Of a DNA stretch of 64,000 nucleotides, positions 36,337 through 45,744 are shown piece by piece. This DNA is from Candidatus Aenigmatarchaeota archaeon (GTDB lineage Archaea; Aenigmatarchaeota; Aenigmatarchaeia; Aenigmatarchaeales; JACQIB01): contig JACQIB010000004.1 in NCBI GenBank assembly GCA_016198755.1, positions 91,192-155,191 of the forward strand. Reading direction: 5' to 3'. The notes below the pieces were generated by a model. That model had not been told where the DNA came from. It saw only the letters and a program-made list of their open reading frames with translations, and did not search any database. The translations under genes and the position numbers were made by a program. The first letter of the stretch is position 1. The number at the start of each line of letters is the position of its first letter.

Positions 36337-39300
36337 CTAACTGCTTTTGTTAGCAGTGAATATTATTGAGTTGTTATACAGACCTGGAGTCTGCCCCGTT
36401 GGGATTGCAAGGCGGAACTTAAAGTATACAGTTGTTGTGCCAGCTGCAATCTGGCTTTTAACAAGCTGGTCTGTCAAACTCATTGTCTGGAACGGGGAAA
36501 TTGTTTCCAGCGTGTTGTCTGTGCTGGAGTTTAAAAAAGTCATATTGCTAATTCCTATAATGGATGTACCTCCTGTCTTGTTTGTTAAATGATCGTTTGC
36601 CCTCAGCCAGATATCTGCACTGCAGCCTGCATTTGTTAACTGGACAGAAAAAGTTGTAACTCCTGTTCCATTATTGCCTGTTGCGTTTATAGTAGTCCCA
36701 GGATTTATTACATCGTATCCTATTGGAGCGCTCAGATTTGTTGAGAGTCCGAGGGAAATTGAGCAGGCAGCACCTGAAACATTTGCATAAACAGTTCTTG
36801 CACCTGCAGAATAGTTCTCATCTCCTGTAAAATAGCCCGTTACATTATAGTTGCCAGCTGTAGAAAATGGTCCTGTAAGGTTTATTAGAGGAGGGGCTCC
36901 TGAAGTTGCATTTATCCAGCCAGTAAAGTTCGAGTCTATTTTAACTGTCTGCACTGAAAAGTTCAAAGCCTGTGTTGTTGAATTAAGCAAAACAGTTATG
37001 TTCAGTGTATCTGTATCATTATAGTCCCTGTTCCCGTCTGTTCCGTTCAAAAGAACTGTTAGGTTTGTTGCTCCCTTGTTTACAAGGTAATTCAAGCTTG
37101 AGCTCCCAACAGTAAAGTTTGTTGTGGCAGTTGAGTTGCAGATATACTGCCATGTGCTAACATTCAGCCTGAATGTTGTGCTGTTTTCAGGAGTTGTAAC
37201 ATCAAATGAAAGGCTTGAAATGTTTCTATAAAGTTTTACTGTAACACCTGCATCAGTGTTTGAACTGGAGCAGTTAGACTGGCTTGTTGTAGGATAAGTT
37301 ATGGGACTAGAGGGGGATATTGTAAGTGTTATTGTAGGAGTTAAAGTGTTTACTGTAAGAGTGTATGATGCTCCAGTATCATTTGCTGAATAGTTTGCAT
37401 TTGAGCTCATATTAACTTTATAGGAATATGTCCCTGCCCCCAGCTTTATTGTTTCAGTGCTGCTCTTGGAAACTCCATCTCTGAATAAATTGGCTGTGCC
37501 TGCAGTTGAGAAGTTTTTACTTGCCGTGGCTATAATGTTTGCCCCATAGAACATAGCTTTGTTTGAGTTGAAACTAACAGTTCCATTATCCAAAGTCAGG
37601 TCCACAAAATTGCTTGTATTTACAGCCACAGAATATGGTATAACTCTGGTTGTGTTTACCTTAGATGTTGTGTCTGTACCAATCCAGCGATACTGGTAAG
37701 AGCCCCCAGCCAGATCAGAGAAGTTTATAACATACAGGCCATTTATCTGATCACCAGTGCTGCGTGCAACAGTATAGTTTGTTAGGCTGGAATTCAGGTT
37801 CGCTTCAAATAAAACAGTGTCTATACCCCCGTCATCGCTCCAGTTTGCCTGGAATCCATAATTCTTGCCCGGAGCATAGACTGTTGCAGATGGGACAGAA
37901 GTAAAGTTGTTTGTGTAGTTTGGATTATTGTTCGGGGCAACTGCTGTATATGTATAGGTAAACCATGCTGTAGGTGCAATATCAAACATCTGCTGAGTTA
38001 TGACCATTATACTAAAGTTGTATTGTGTTGTTGCATTTGCAAGACCATAAAAATCAATTCCTGATCCAGCAGGAGCTGAATTTCCAGATAAGTTGGAAGC
38101 ATTAAACAAATGCTGTTCAGGGCTGAGCAAATCAGAGTCCTGCACAACAATCTGCCCCTGCTGGACTTGAGAATGGTTAATCCATGGCCTTATCTGTCCC
38201 ACTCCAGCTGTTGAGCCTTTTACAGGAATATCTATCCAGCTGTTCCTTACTGCTGGGTTGTCTGGAGTGTAAATATATAGAGCTTGTGTAGAGGCGTTCT
38301 GGGCAGCGTTTGTGGTATTACTGAAATTTGTAAAATATCCTATGGTTTTCAGTTGCGTGGAAGAATCATTTGGATATGTATAAATCAAGTCGGCAGTAAA
38401 CCAAGTGTTTGACTGAGCTTGCGTGCGTGCCCAGAGAGTTACATTATGTCTATTATCACCGGTTGTTGTAGAGTAAAACTCTCCAGATCCATCTGAACCG
38501 TTCACAATAATCCACTTCGGAGAGATAAAATCTGTATCAGCAACGCCTATATTATTTCCGTACTGGAGATTTGAACCATTCACAGTTATATTCATTATCC
38601 CACCAGCTGTTCCATTCCCCTGCGTATAAATTGTAAGATAAGCGCTCCTCACTGCAACACTACTTTCAGGAATATACATGTCAAACAGGGAAGACCAGTT
38701 TGTGTTTGCAGCTATAGAGAAAGTCCTGTTACCAAAGAAGCGTACATGTTTCAGTTGTGTTGTGGAACTGGAATCATAACTGTAAGTTACTGTAGCTTTA
38801 ATCCAAGCATCGTCCAGTCTGTTTGTATAAGTTCTAAAAGTAACATTATAATAGTTGTTACCTGTGCCCGCATTATAAAACCCATTTACATAATTTTGTG
38901 TGTTGTTTGAGGCATTAAATGCCCAGTGTATTGGAGCACGGGTAGAGGTTTGCACAGATCTGTTCAGCGAATAATAAAGAGCAGTTTGGTTTATGTAGAC
39001 ATCAGCCTTCCCTTGTGCTGTCCCACCAACATTTGTTTCTCCATAAACTTCTACAAAGGCGTTCCTTACTGTTATCTGGTTTTCTGGAATGTAAAGATTG
39101 AAATCCATTGTAGTGAAGTTAGAGTTTGCAGTTATGTTTGCAGTGCGGTTTACAAAATAAGTTATTGTTTTCAAATGTGTTTCTGATATTATATCATATT
39201 CATAAGTTATGTAGGCTTTTGCCCAAGTGTTGAAAAATTGCTTTGCATCAGATTTTATTTCCAGTCCGAATTTGTTATCTCCTTGAGTTATACCATAAAG

Positions 39301-42300
39301 ACCGCTATAAGGGGTTGTTGTGTTAGAGGCATTGAACCTGTAGATTGAAGGGAAAACCTGATCTGCATCCATTATACCTACTTTGCTTGCATAATCCAAC
39401 GGAGTTCCGTTTAATAGCACTCGTAGGTTGGCGCCTCCTCCCGCATCCCCTTCTGTATAAACTTCTATCCACGCACTTTTAACAGAAACTCCTCTCTCTG
39501 GTATATATACAGAAAAGTTGCTTGTGAACACACCACTGGCATCAGTCATGTTGCTGCTGTTAATAAACCATTCTATTGTTTTTATTGAGTGATTGCCTAC
39601 GAGAGGATTTATTATATATGGTATTACTCCAGTATCATTTATCTGCTGCATTGTGTCGTTTGCAATCCATCTATATTGATAAGTTCCGTTTGTCAAGCCA
39701 GTAAAGTTTATTGTATATATTGCCTGTGTTAAATTCCCGCCTGCAAGCTTTGTGAGTGTAAAGTTCTTCAGGCTTGAATTCAGGTTTGTCTCAAATGTTA
39801 CATTAACAATTTCAGCAACCTCAGTTGAGATATTGGTTGAAAAGCCATAGTTTCCAGTGCTGTGTATTGTATCTAAATCTGGAATGCTGGTTGCATTGTT
39901 TATGAAAACTGGAGTTCTGTTTCCTACAGAATATGGTATAACACCTGTAGTATTCACATAATTATCCGTATCATTGGCAATCCATCTGTACTGGTAAGAA
40001 CCTGTAGATATATTTGTAAAGTTTATAAGATACAGGCCATTGAAGCTGTCGCCTGCAGTCCTGCCAACAGTAAAGTTTTTCAGGCTGCTGTTGAAATTAG
40101 ACTCGAAAAATACAATCTGCACCCCAAAGTTGTCTGTCCAGTTTGTCTGGAAGCCCCAGTTTTTGTTCAGCTGATATACTGTACCGCTTGGCTGAGATGT
40201 AACATTGTTCTGGAATTGTGGAGGAGGGGCTGGAGAGTATGTATATGTAAACCAACCAACAGGAGCTATATTGAACATTTGCTGAGTTATGACCATTATA
40301 CTAAAGTTGTATTGTGTTGTAGCGTTTCCGAGTGCATAAAAGTCATTTCCTGTTGTTGCAGAAGCATTGAAAAGCCCCTGAAACGGGCTTAGTACAGTGT
40401 CTGTATCAGGTATAACAGTCTGTCCCTGATTTATCTGGGAGTGGTTAATCCAAATCCTTACCTGACCTGCCCCTGCTGTGCTCCCATGAACATAAGTATC
40501 TACCCAGCTGTTTCTTACTGTTGGATTATCTGGAGTGTAAATGTATAGAGCTTGTGTAGAGGCGTTCTGGGCAGCGTTTGTTGTGTTGCTCTGGTTTATG
40601 AAGTAACCTATTGTTTTCAGCTGGCTGGTAGAGTCATTTGCATAGGTATAAACAAGTCCTGCCCTGAACCAGCTATCTTTCTGCGCCTGCGTCCTCACCC
40701 ACACGCTTACATTATGTCTGTTGCTACCTGTTGTTGTACTGTAAAGCTCTCCAAATCCATCTGAAGCGTTCACAGAAACCCATATCGGGGCAATAATATC
40801 TGTATCAGTAACAGCAATATTGCTTGAATACTGCAGGTTAGACTGGTTTATGCTTATGTTCATTGTACCTCCAGCAGTGCCGTTTCCATGAGTATAAAAG
40901 TCAAGATAGGCATTCCTGATCGTAACAGAGGTTTCCGGAATAAAAATATCAAAGAGAGAGGACCAGTTTGTGTTTGCAGCAATAGCAAAAGTGCTCCTGT
41001 TACCAAAGAACTTTACACTATTTAACTGTGTGGTTGAATTTGCAGCATAAGAATATGTTGCAGTAACCTTTATCCAAACATTGTCCATGCGGTTTGTATA
41101 GGATCTGACTGTTATGTTATATAGGTTATTACCTGTGCCTGCAGTATAAAGTCCGTTTGCATAGCTTAAAGTTGAATTAGAGGCGTTAAACATAAGGAAT
41201 GTTGGGGCGCGCGGCGTTGTCTGCAGGCTCCTATTCAATCCATAATCCACTCCTGTACCGTTTATGTACACATCAGTCTTTCCTTTTGTTGTTCCTGAAA
41301 CAGCTGGCTCTGTATAAACCTCTATAAAAGAATTTCTGACCTTTACCTGATCCTCGGGGATATAGAGATTAAAATTATAGTTTGTGAAATTAGAGTTTGC
41401 GCTAACATTGGCAGTCCTGTTTACAAAATAAGTTACTGTTTTCAGTTGCGTTTCAGAGTTTGTATCATACTCATAAGTTACATAAGCTTTTATCCAGCCG
41501 TTGAAGGAGTTCTTTGCAAACCCATCCACTTCAATCCCAAAATTATTTTCCCCCTGAGCTATACTGTAGAGGCCGTTAAAGTTTGCGCTTGCATTCGAGG
41601 CATTGAATCTCCATATATTTGGAAAAAACAAATCAGCATCACCAATCACAGCTTTGCTTGCATACTGCAGAGGAGTTCCGTTAAGAAAAATCACAAAATA
41701 GTCTCCTGCAGACTCTGAACCCTCTCTATAAACCTCTATCCACGCACTTTTAACAGAAACTCCTCTCTCTGGTATATAGATGCTGAAATTCGAAATAGCA
41801 TCACCTGTAATGGTTGTCATGTTTGAGCTATTTACAAACCACTCTATTGTCTTTATTGAGGCAGCTCCAGGTATGGGATTCATTGAATAAGGTATAACTC
41901 CTGTTGTGTTTACACCGCTTGCACTGTCGTTTACTATCCATCTGTATTGGTAGGTTCCGTTTGTCAGGCCAGTAAGACTAGTGAAGTTTATTGTATAGGT
42001 TGCAAAGGTTGTGTTTCCGCCTGCAACAGCAGATATAGTAAAGTTTTTCAGGGTTGCATTCAGGTTTGTTTCGAAAGTTACGTTGATAATTTCTGTTCCA
42101 AATGTAGTTATGTTTGTTGAAAATCCATAGTTTGCTGTAGCATTTATTGGGAAGTTAGAAGGCATGGAGCTTGCGTTGTTAACAAAAATTAGTTGAGAGT
42201 TTGCTATAGAAAATGGTATAATGCCGGTTGTGTTTATATTGTTTGCAGAATCATTTGCTATCCAGCGATATTGGTAGTTTCCGGCAGAGAGCGTTGAACC

Positions 42301-44463
42301 AGTGAAGTTTATGAAATAAAATTTCTGAGTTGCATTTCCACCAGCAACAGCAGGTATAGTAAAGTTTTTCAGGGTCGCATTCAGGTTTGTTTCGAAAGTT
42401 ACATTGTTTATGGAAACGGATTCTGTGGATACGTTTGTTGAGAATGTGTAGTTTGTAAGTGTGTTTATGCCCACTCCGCTTGCTTGTGAACTCGTGTTGC
42501 TTACAAAGCGGGGCTTTGGAACATCAGAATAAGCTCCTGTGGCTACAAGCTTTACTGATTTGAGCGGACATGCAACATTAGACTGGCATTTTATGTTTAC
42601 TGAAAATGTTTTTGGAGTGTCTGTTGACAGGTTGTATACTCCATTGGTGTTTGTTGTTGCATTGTGCCTTATCATGTAGTTGAAAATCTCAACGCCTGCA
42701 ACAAAAGTATAGTTTGTGTAGCTTGTGTTTTCATCGTATGGTGTACTGTTCATTGAAACAGTTATTGCTGTTGTAAGAGCTGACACATCCAAAAGTCCCT
42801 CTACCTGCAGGAAAGCTGATTTCACAACAAAATCATCGTCTATAGGCTTTATTGTAAATGTAGAGTTCCACCAGCTCCCAGCAGAAACAGTTGCTGTGGA
42901 AGAGTTCACATAATATTCTTCAGTATCCATATAGTTAGCGGCATCTGAAGTATATGTTATAATAACAGAGGCTGACATTGCTTCGCATGTATCGCCTGCT
43001 CCGCATTTCACACCGAAAGCAAATCCATATGTGCTATTGTCTGTTATTCCATACAGTCCCTGCACGCTTCCTGTTACGCTGGATGCGTTTGCAAGTACAA
43101 CAAATCCATAGCTTGGGGTTGTACCTGCTATAACTGGGGATAAAATGTTCGTTCCATTAAGCCTGAGGTCAAGTGTGTTGTCAGTGGTTGCAGCGCTCCC
43201 AGGATAAACACCTGTAAGTTTTATGTACGATGATTTTACAGCAATGTTTGTGCCTGAAAGGGCAACAGTAAAGGTCGAATTCCACCATGTGCTTGTTCCA
43301 ACACTTACATTTGTGGAGTTGATAAAAACCTCAACTGTTTTTGTTTTCGCAGGTGCTGTATACTGATATGTTACTTTCATTACAGTTCCAAGTGCTCCTG
43401 TAGGCGCTCCGGCTTTGAGTCCATAGAGAAAGGTAGATGGGGTAGAGTTGAGCATATATGTCAGGTTGTTGCTTGCATTCCTTACAATCCTTATTGTGGA
43501 AGCTTCCCCATTTCCAGCACTTACAGGCGCAGGCCCAAGATTTGTAGAATTCTGTGATACGTTAAGTACCCTATCTACTGTTCCAGTTTCGTCATTTGAT
43601 CCCCAGGTTTCAAACCATGCATTTTTCACAACAGCAGCATTATCAGAGAGTGCAGCTGAAAATGTGGAATTCCACCATACACCGGCTCCTGTCTGCGGTC
43701 CGCTTGCATTCACGAAAAAATCAACTGTACGTACTTCTGTTGCTGCAAATGCTGGTATAGATGTTAATGGGATAAACAACATTATAAAAATAATTGCCAG
43801 AAATGTTGGCTTCTTTTTTCGCAATACAATTCCAAGTGGAATAAAAGCAAGAAGAGGGAGTAAACTGAAAAGCCAGTTTAGGATTGATTTTGGTTCAGTA
43901 TGAGTTTGGGATAGCGGGAACTGGGGCGCAGCATTTTCAGATACAACTTTTGTATTATCTTCCTCAGGACCGGTTCCTGGAGGATCGTATGTATAGGTTA
44001 TTATAGCGCGTGCAGAGACCGAATTGCAAAGGTCGCCGTTGCACTGCACCCCGAATTTCAGCCTTCTTGAACTGCTGTTTGTTATATTGTAAAGGTTATC
44101 GTAGTTACCCGATGAATTATCCAGAATAGTAAAATATTCAGTTTCTCCGGAATTTGTGAAAGAGTATGTATCAGCAGCTCCTCCGTTCTGCGCTATTTTT
44201 ATATTGCTTGCCGCTGTCCCAGCCTTCCCAAAAGAGCCCGAAACTTCTATAAAGGCTGAAATAACCTGAGGAGTTGGATCAGGGAGCTGCACATCATATG
44301 TGCTGTTAAACCAGTTTCCATTTGGCATTTGCGAATCAGACTGGTTTATGAAAAATACAACTGTTTTTGTGTTGAAAAGATAGCCTGCTTCTGCTACTGG
44401 AACAGAGAGTAAGAAAATCAGGGCAAATAAGAGCGGCAGAGCCAGCAAAGAGAGAGCTTTCAT
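36337..44463 (-). CDS. Giant (2708 aa) secreted modular surface protein, extremely rich in N-X-S/T sequons
   Basis: It is a single uninterrupted ORF with the Sec signal peptide MKALSLLALPLLFALIFLLSVPVAEA. It contains 12 copies of a ~130-190 aa module (starts KT[VI]x[FWY]F[VI]N, ends [VI]TYxY). It also contains 5 copies of a ~105 aa module (NVTFETNLNxxLKNFT ... GxYQYRWIAND), about 3 Ig-like modules with GDxNY, and a C-terminal ~170-aa domain shared with the downstream gene. Confidence 0.85.
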   Translation of the reverse strand: MKALSLLALPLLFALIFLLSVPVAEAGYLFNTKTVVFFINQSDSQMPNGNWFNSTYDVQLPDPTPQVISAFIEVSGSFGKAGTAASNIKIAQNGGAADTYSFTNSGETEYFTILDNSSGNYDNLYNITNSSSRRLKFGVQCNGDLCNSVSARAIITYTYDPPGTGPEEDNTKVVSENAAPQFPLSQTHTEPKSILNWLFSLLPLLAFIPLGIVLRKKKPTFLAIIFIMLFIPLTSIPAFAATEVRTVDFFVNASGPQTGAGVWWNSTFSAALSDNAAVVKNAWFETWGSNDETGTVDRVLNVSQNSTNLGPAPVSAGNGEASTIRIVRNASNNLTYMLNSTPSTFLYGLKAGAPTGALGTVMKVTYQYTAPAKTKTVEVFINSTNVSVGTSTWWNSTFTVALSGTNIAVKSSYIKLTGVYPGSAATTDNTLDLRLNGTNILSPVIAGTTPSYGFVVLANASSVTGSVQGLYGITDNSTYGFAFGVKCGAGDTCEAMSASVIITYTSDAANYMDTEEYYVNSSTATVSAGSWWNSTFTIKPIDDDFVVKSAFLQVEGLLDVSALTTAITVSMNSTPYDENTSYTNYTFVAGVEIFNYMIRHNATTNTNGVYNLSTDTPKTFSVNIKCQSNVACPLKSVKLVATGAYSDVPKPRFVSNTSSQASGVGINTLTNYTFSTNVSTESVSINNVTFETNLNATLKNFTIPAVAGGNATQKFYFINFTGSTLSAGNYQYRWIANDSANNINTTGIIPFSIANSQLIFVNNASSMPSNFPINATANYGFSTNITTFGTEIINVTFETNLNATLKNFTISAVAGGNTTFATYTINFTSLTGLTNGTYQYRWIVNDSASGVNTTGVIPYSMNPIPGAASIKTIEWFVNSSNMTTITGDAISNFSIYIPERGVSVKSAWIEVYREGSESAGDYFVIFLNGTPLQYASKAVIGDADLFFPNIWRFNASNASANFNGLYSIAQGENNFGIEVDGFAKNSFNGWIKAYVTYEYDTNSETQLKTVTYFVNRTANVSANSNFTNYNFNLYIPEDQVKVRNSFIEVYTEPAVSGTTKGKTDVYINGTGVDYGLNRSLQTTPRAPTFLMFNASNSTLSYANGLYTAGTGNNLYNITVRSYTNRMDNVWIKVTATYSYAANSTTQLNSVKFFGNRSTFAIAANTNWSSLFDIFIPETSVTIRNAYLDFYTHGNGTAGGTMNISINQSNLQYSSNIAVTDTDIIAPIWVSVNASDGFGELYSTTTGSNRHNVSVWVRTQAQKDSWFRAGLVYTYANDSTSQLKTIGYFINQSNTTNAAQNASTQALYIYTPDNPTVRNSWVDTYVHGSTAGAGQVRIWINHSQINQGQTVIPDTDTVLSPFQGLFNASATTGNDFYALGNATTQYNFSIMVITQQMFNIAPVGWFTYTYSPAPPPQFQNNVTSQPSGTVYQLNKNWGFQTNWTDNFGVQIVFFESNFNSSLKNFTVGRTAGDSFNGLYLINFTNISTGSYQYRWIANDTDNYVNTTGVIPYSVGNRTPVFINNATSIPDLDTIHSTGNYGFSTNISTEVAEIVNVTFETNLNSSLKNFTLTKLAGGNLTQAIYTINFTGLTNGTYQYRWIANDTMQQINDTGVIPYIINPLVGNHSIKTIEWFINSSNMTDASGVFTSNFSVYIPERGVSVKSAWIEVYTEGDAGGGANLRVLLNGTPLDYASKVGIMDADQVFPSIYRFNASNTTTPYSGLYGITQGDNKFGLEIKSDAKQFFNTWAKAYITYEYDIISETHLKTITYFVNRTANITANSNFTTMDFNLYIPENQITVRNAFVEVYGETNVGGTAQGKADVYINQTALYYSLNRSVQTSTRAPIHWAFNASNNTQNYVNGFYNAGTGNNYYNVTFRTYTNRLDDAWIKATVTYSYDSSSTTQLKHVRFFGNRTFSIAANTNWSSLFDMYIPESSVAVRSAYLTIYTQGNGTAGGIMNITVNGSNLQYGNNIGVADTDFISPKWIIVNGSDGSGEFYSTTTGDNRHNVTLWARTQAQSNTWFTADLIYTYPNDSSTQLKTIGYFTNFSNTTNAAQNASTQALYIYTPDNPAVRNSWIDIPVKGSTAGVGQIRPWINHSQVQQGQIVVQDSDLLSPEQHLFNASNLSGNSAPAGSGIDFYGLANATTQYNFSIMVITQQMFDIAPTAWFTYTYTAVAPNNNPNYTNNFTSVPSATVYAPGKNYGFQANWSDDGGIDTVLFEANLNSSLTNYTVARSTGDQINGLYVINFSDLAGGSYQYRWIGTDTTSKVNTTRVIPYSVAVNTSNFVDLTLDNGTVSFNSNKAMFYGANIIATASKNFSTAGTANLFRDGVSKSSTETIKLGAGTYSYKVNMSSNANYSANDTGASYTLTVNTLTPTITLTISPSSPITYPTTSQSNCSSSNTDAGVTVKLYRNISSLSFDVTTPENSTTFRLNVSTWQYICNSTATTNFTVGSSSLNYLVNKGATNLTVLLNGTDGNRDYNDTDTLNITVLLNSTTQALNFSVQTVKIDSNFTGWINATSGAPPLINLTGPFSTAGNYNVTGYFTGDENYSAGARTVYANVSGAACSISLGLSTNLSAPIGYDVINPGTTINATGNNGTGVTTFSVQLTNAGCSADIWLRANDHLTNKTGGTSIIGISNMTFLNSSTDNTLETISPFQTMSLTDQLVKSQIAAGTTTVYFKFRLAIPTGQTPGLYNNSIIFTANKSS
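37918..42516 (-). repeat. Tandem in-frame duplication of a ~2.28-kb (about 763-770 aa) six-module super-repeat inside the giant gene
   Basis: Copy 1 is about 40228-42516 (aa ~650-1412) and copy 2 about 37918-40227 (aa ~1413-2182). Long identical DNA runs occur at offsets of 2268-2289 nt. For example, tgctgagttatgaccattatactaaagttgtattgtgttgt occurs at 37991 and 40280, and cacgcacttttaacagaaactcctctctctggtatata at 39470 and 41741. Confidence 0.85.
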
Positions 44464-44519
44464 GGGTTTAATTTAGTGCGTAAGCATATATTTAATGGTT
44501 ATTTGTGCCTTTTGGAGGT

Positions 44520-45698
44520 TTAGCTCTGGAAAATCACATTATCTATCAGGAAGCTTGAACCCGGGAACTGGTTGCAGCTGTCTGTGGCTGTATAAAACCG
44601 CATTAACTTACCCTTGTCTATAATAGTATTGGAATTTGCTGTTATATTATACCATCCACCTCCGACATCAATTGTGGATGTTTTATACTCCCCCGGAGTT
44701 GAAATAATATTCCCAGCCGAATCTATCTCAAACGGAAGGCTTGTATCAGAATCCCCATTTGCAAATAAAACCTCCACACCGAAAGCCCAGTTGCAGGTTG
44801 CCCCATTTGTAAAGTTAGGTAGGTAATTAAAGCTTACATTGAATAATCCTGTTCCTGTGGCTTCCAGCTTATCAGAAAAAACCCTTTGGGGTGCCCCAAG
44901 GTATTTTATACGCAGTGCTGTTGCAGACTGGTAACCAGATTCCAGAGGATTATATTCCCAGTTTATCTCATCTGCAGCACCGTTTATATCCTGCATGAGC
45001 GTCCAGTTCTCGGGCAGGCTTGAATTGCCTGCACGCACGGTTTCCAAATCATAGTTAGATATTCTTGACGCATCTTTCTGTGCACTAACATCACCCCCAT
45101 CAGCTGAGAGGCTTGGTATAGTCCAGCGTACTCCGTCTTTTTTTCCAACATTGTTCTTATCTAACAGAGCTTTCCTAATATTCTTCTTATTGCTGTCCAA
45201 TACAACAGAATAATGATATTCCGGTGGTAGCCCAGGAAGATCTGTATTGATTGGTATGTTTTTATAATGATAATCAGATTTTACAGTTACATGTTTTTTA
45301 TAGTTGGTTTGCTCGCTGTTCAATATACTTTCAGTAACGTATATTGGCGATGTTTGGAAGCGAAAAACCCATGAAGAATCCCCTGGCGGGGCATCAAAAG
45401 AAACAGTTTCCTTCCCATGTATTTTTGCATTAGCAGGTGCTGATATTACTTCAGCTCCCTTTCCAAAGTTTAATTTAGTTGTTTTTGCAAATAGTCCTGG
45501 ATTTTTTGCAATAACTGTCCTATCCCATACTATTGGTTTTTCATAGACAAACCCAGAAACCAGCGAATATGTGCTTGTTGTAGAAACCTCACCTGTTTTT
45601 GCTGGCGCAAGACCGGTGTTAACAGAAACATTATAAAGCCCAAGGGCTAGAAAAAGTACTGTTATGACTGCAAAAGCCAAAAGAGGTATCTTTCCCAT
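44520..45698 (-). CDS. Secreted protein with C-terminal jelly-roll/CBM-like domain (paralog A)
   Basis: The N-terminal signal anchor is IPLLAFAVITVLFLALGL. The protein is colinear with the adjacent 394-aa paralog. The shared C-terminus is CNWAFGVEV.FA.G.SDTSLPFEIDSAGNI.STPGEY ... SCNQFPGSS.L.DNV.F. Confidence 0.6.
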   Translation of the reverse strand: MGKIPLLAFAVITVLFLALGLYNVSVNTGLAPAKTGEVSTTSTYSLVSGFVYEKPIVWDRTVIAKNPGLFAKTTKLNFGKGAEVISAPANAKIHGKETVSFDAPPGDSSWVFRFQTSPIYVTESILNSEQTNYKKHVTVKSDYHYKNIPINTDLPGLPPEYHYSVVLDSNKKNIRKALLDKNNVGKKDGVRWTIPSLSADGGDVSAQKDASRISNYDLETVRAGNSSLPENWTLMQDINGAADEINWEYNPLESGYQSATALRIKYLGAPQRVFSDKLEATGTGLFNVSFNYLPNFTNGATCNWAFGVEVLFANGDSDTSLPFEIDSAGNIISTPGEYKTSTIDVGGGWYNITANSNTIIDKGKLMRFYTATDSCNQFPGSSFLIDNVIFQS

Positions 45699-45744
45699 AA
45701 TTAAAATATATGATGGTTGTTAATATAGCTTTCTGTTTTAAAAT

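Noticed and set aside
36337-44463. Regularly recurring DNA repeats in the giant gene could suggest a CRISPR array or a satellite.
   Set aside because: The repeats are hundreds to thousands of nt long, in frame, and encode protein modules. There are no short direct repeats with unique spacers and no cas genes anywhere in the window.
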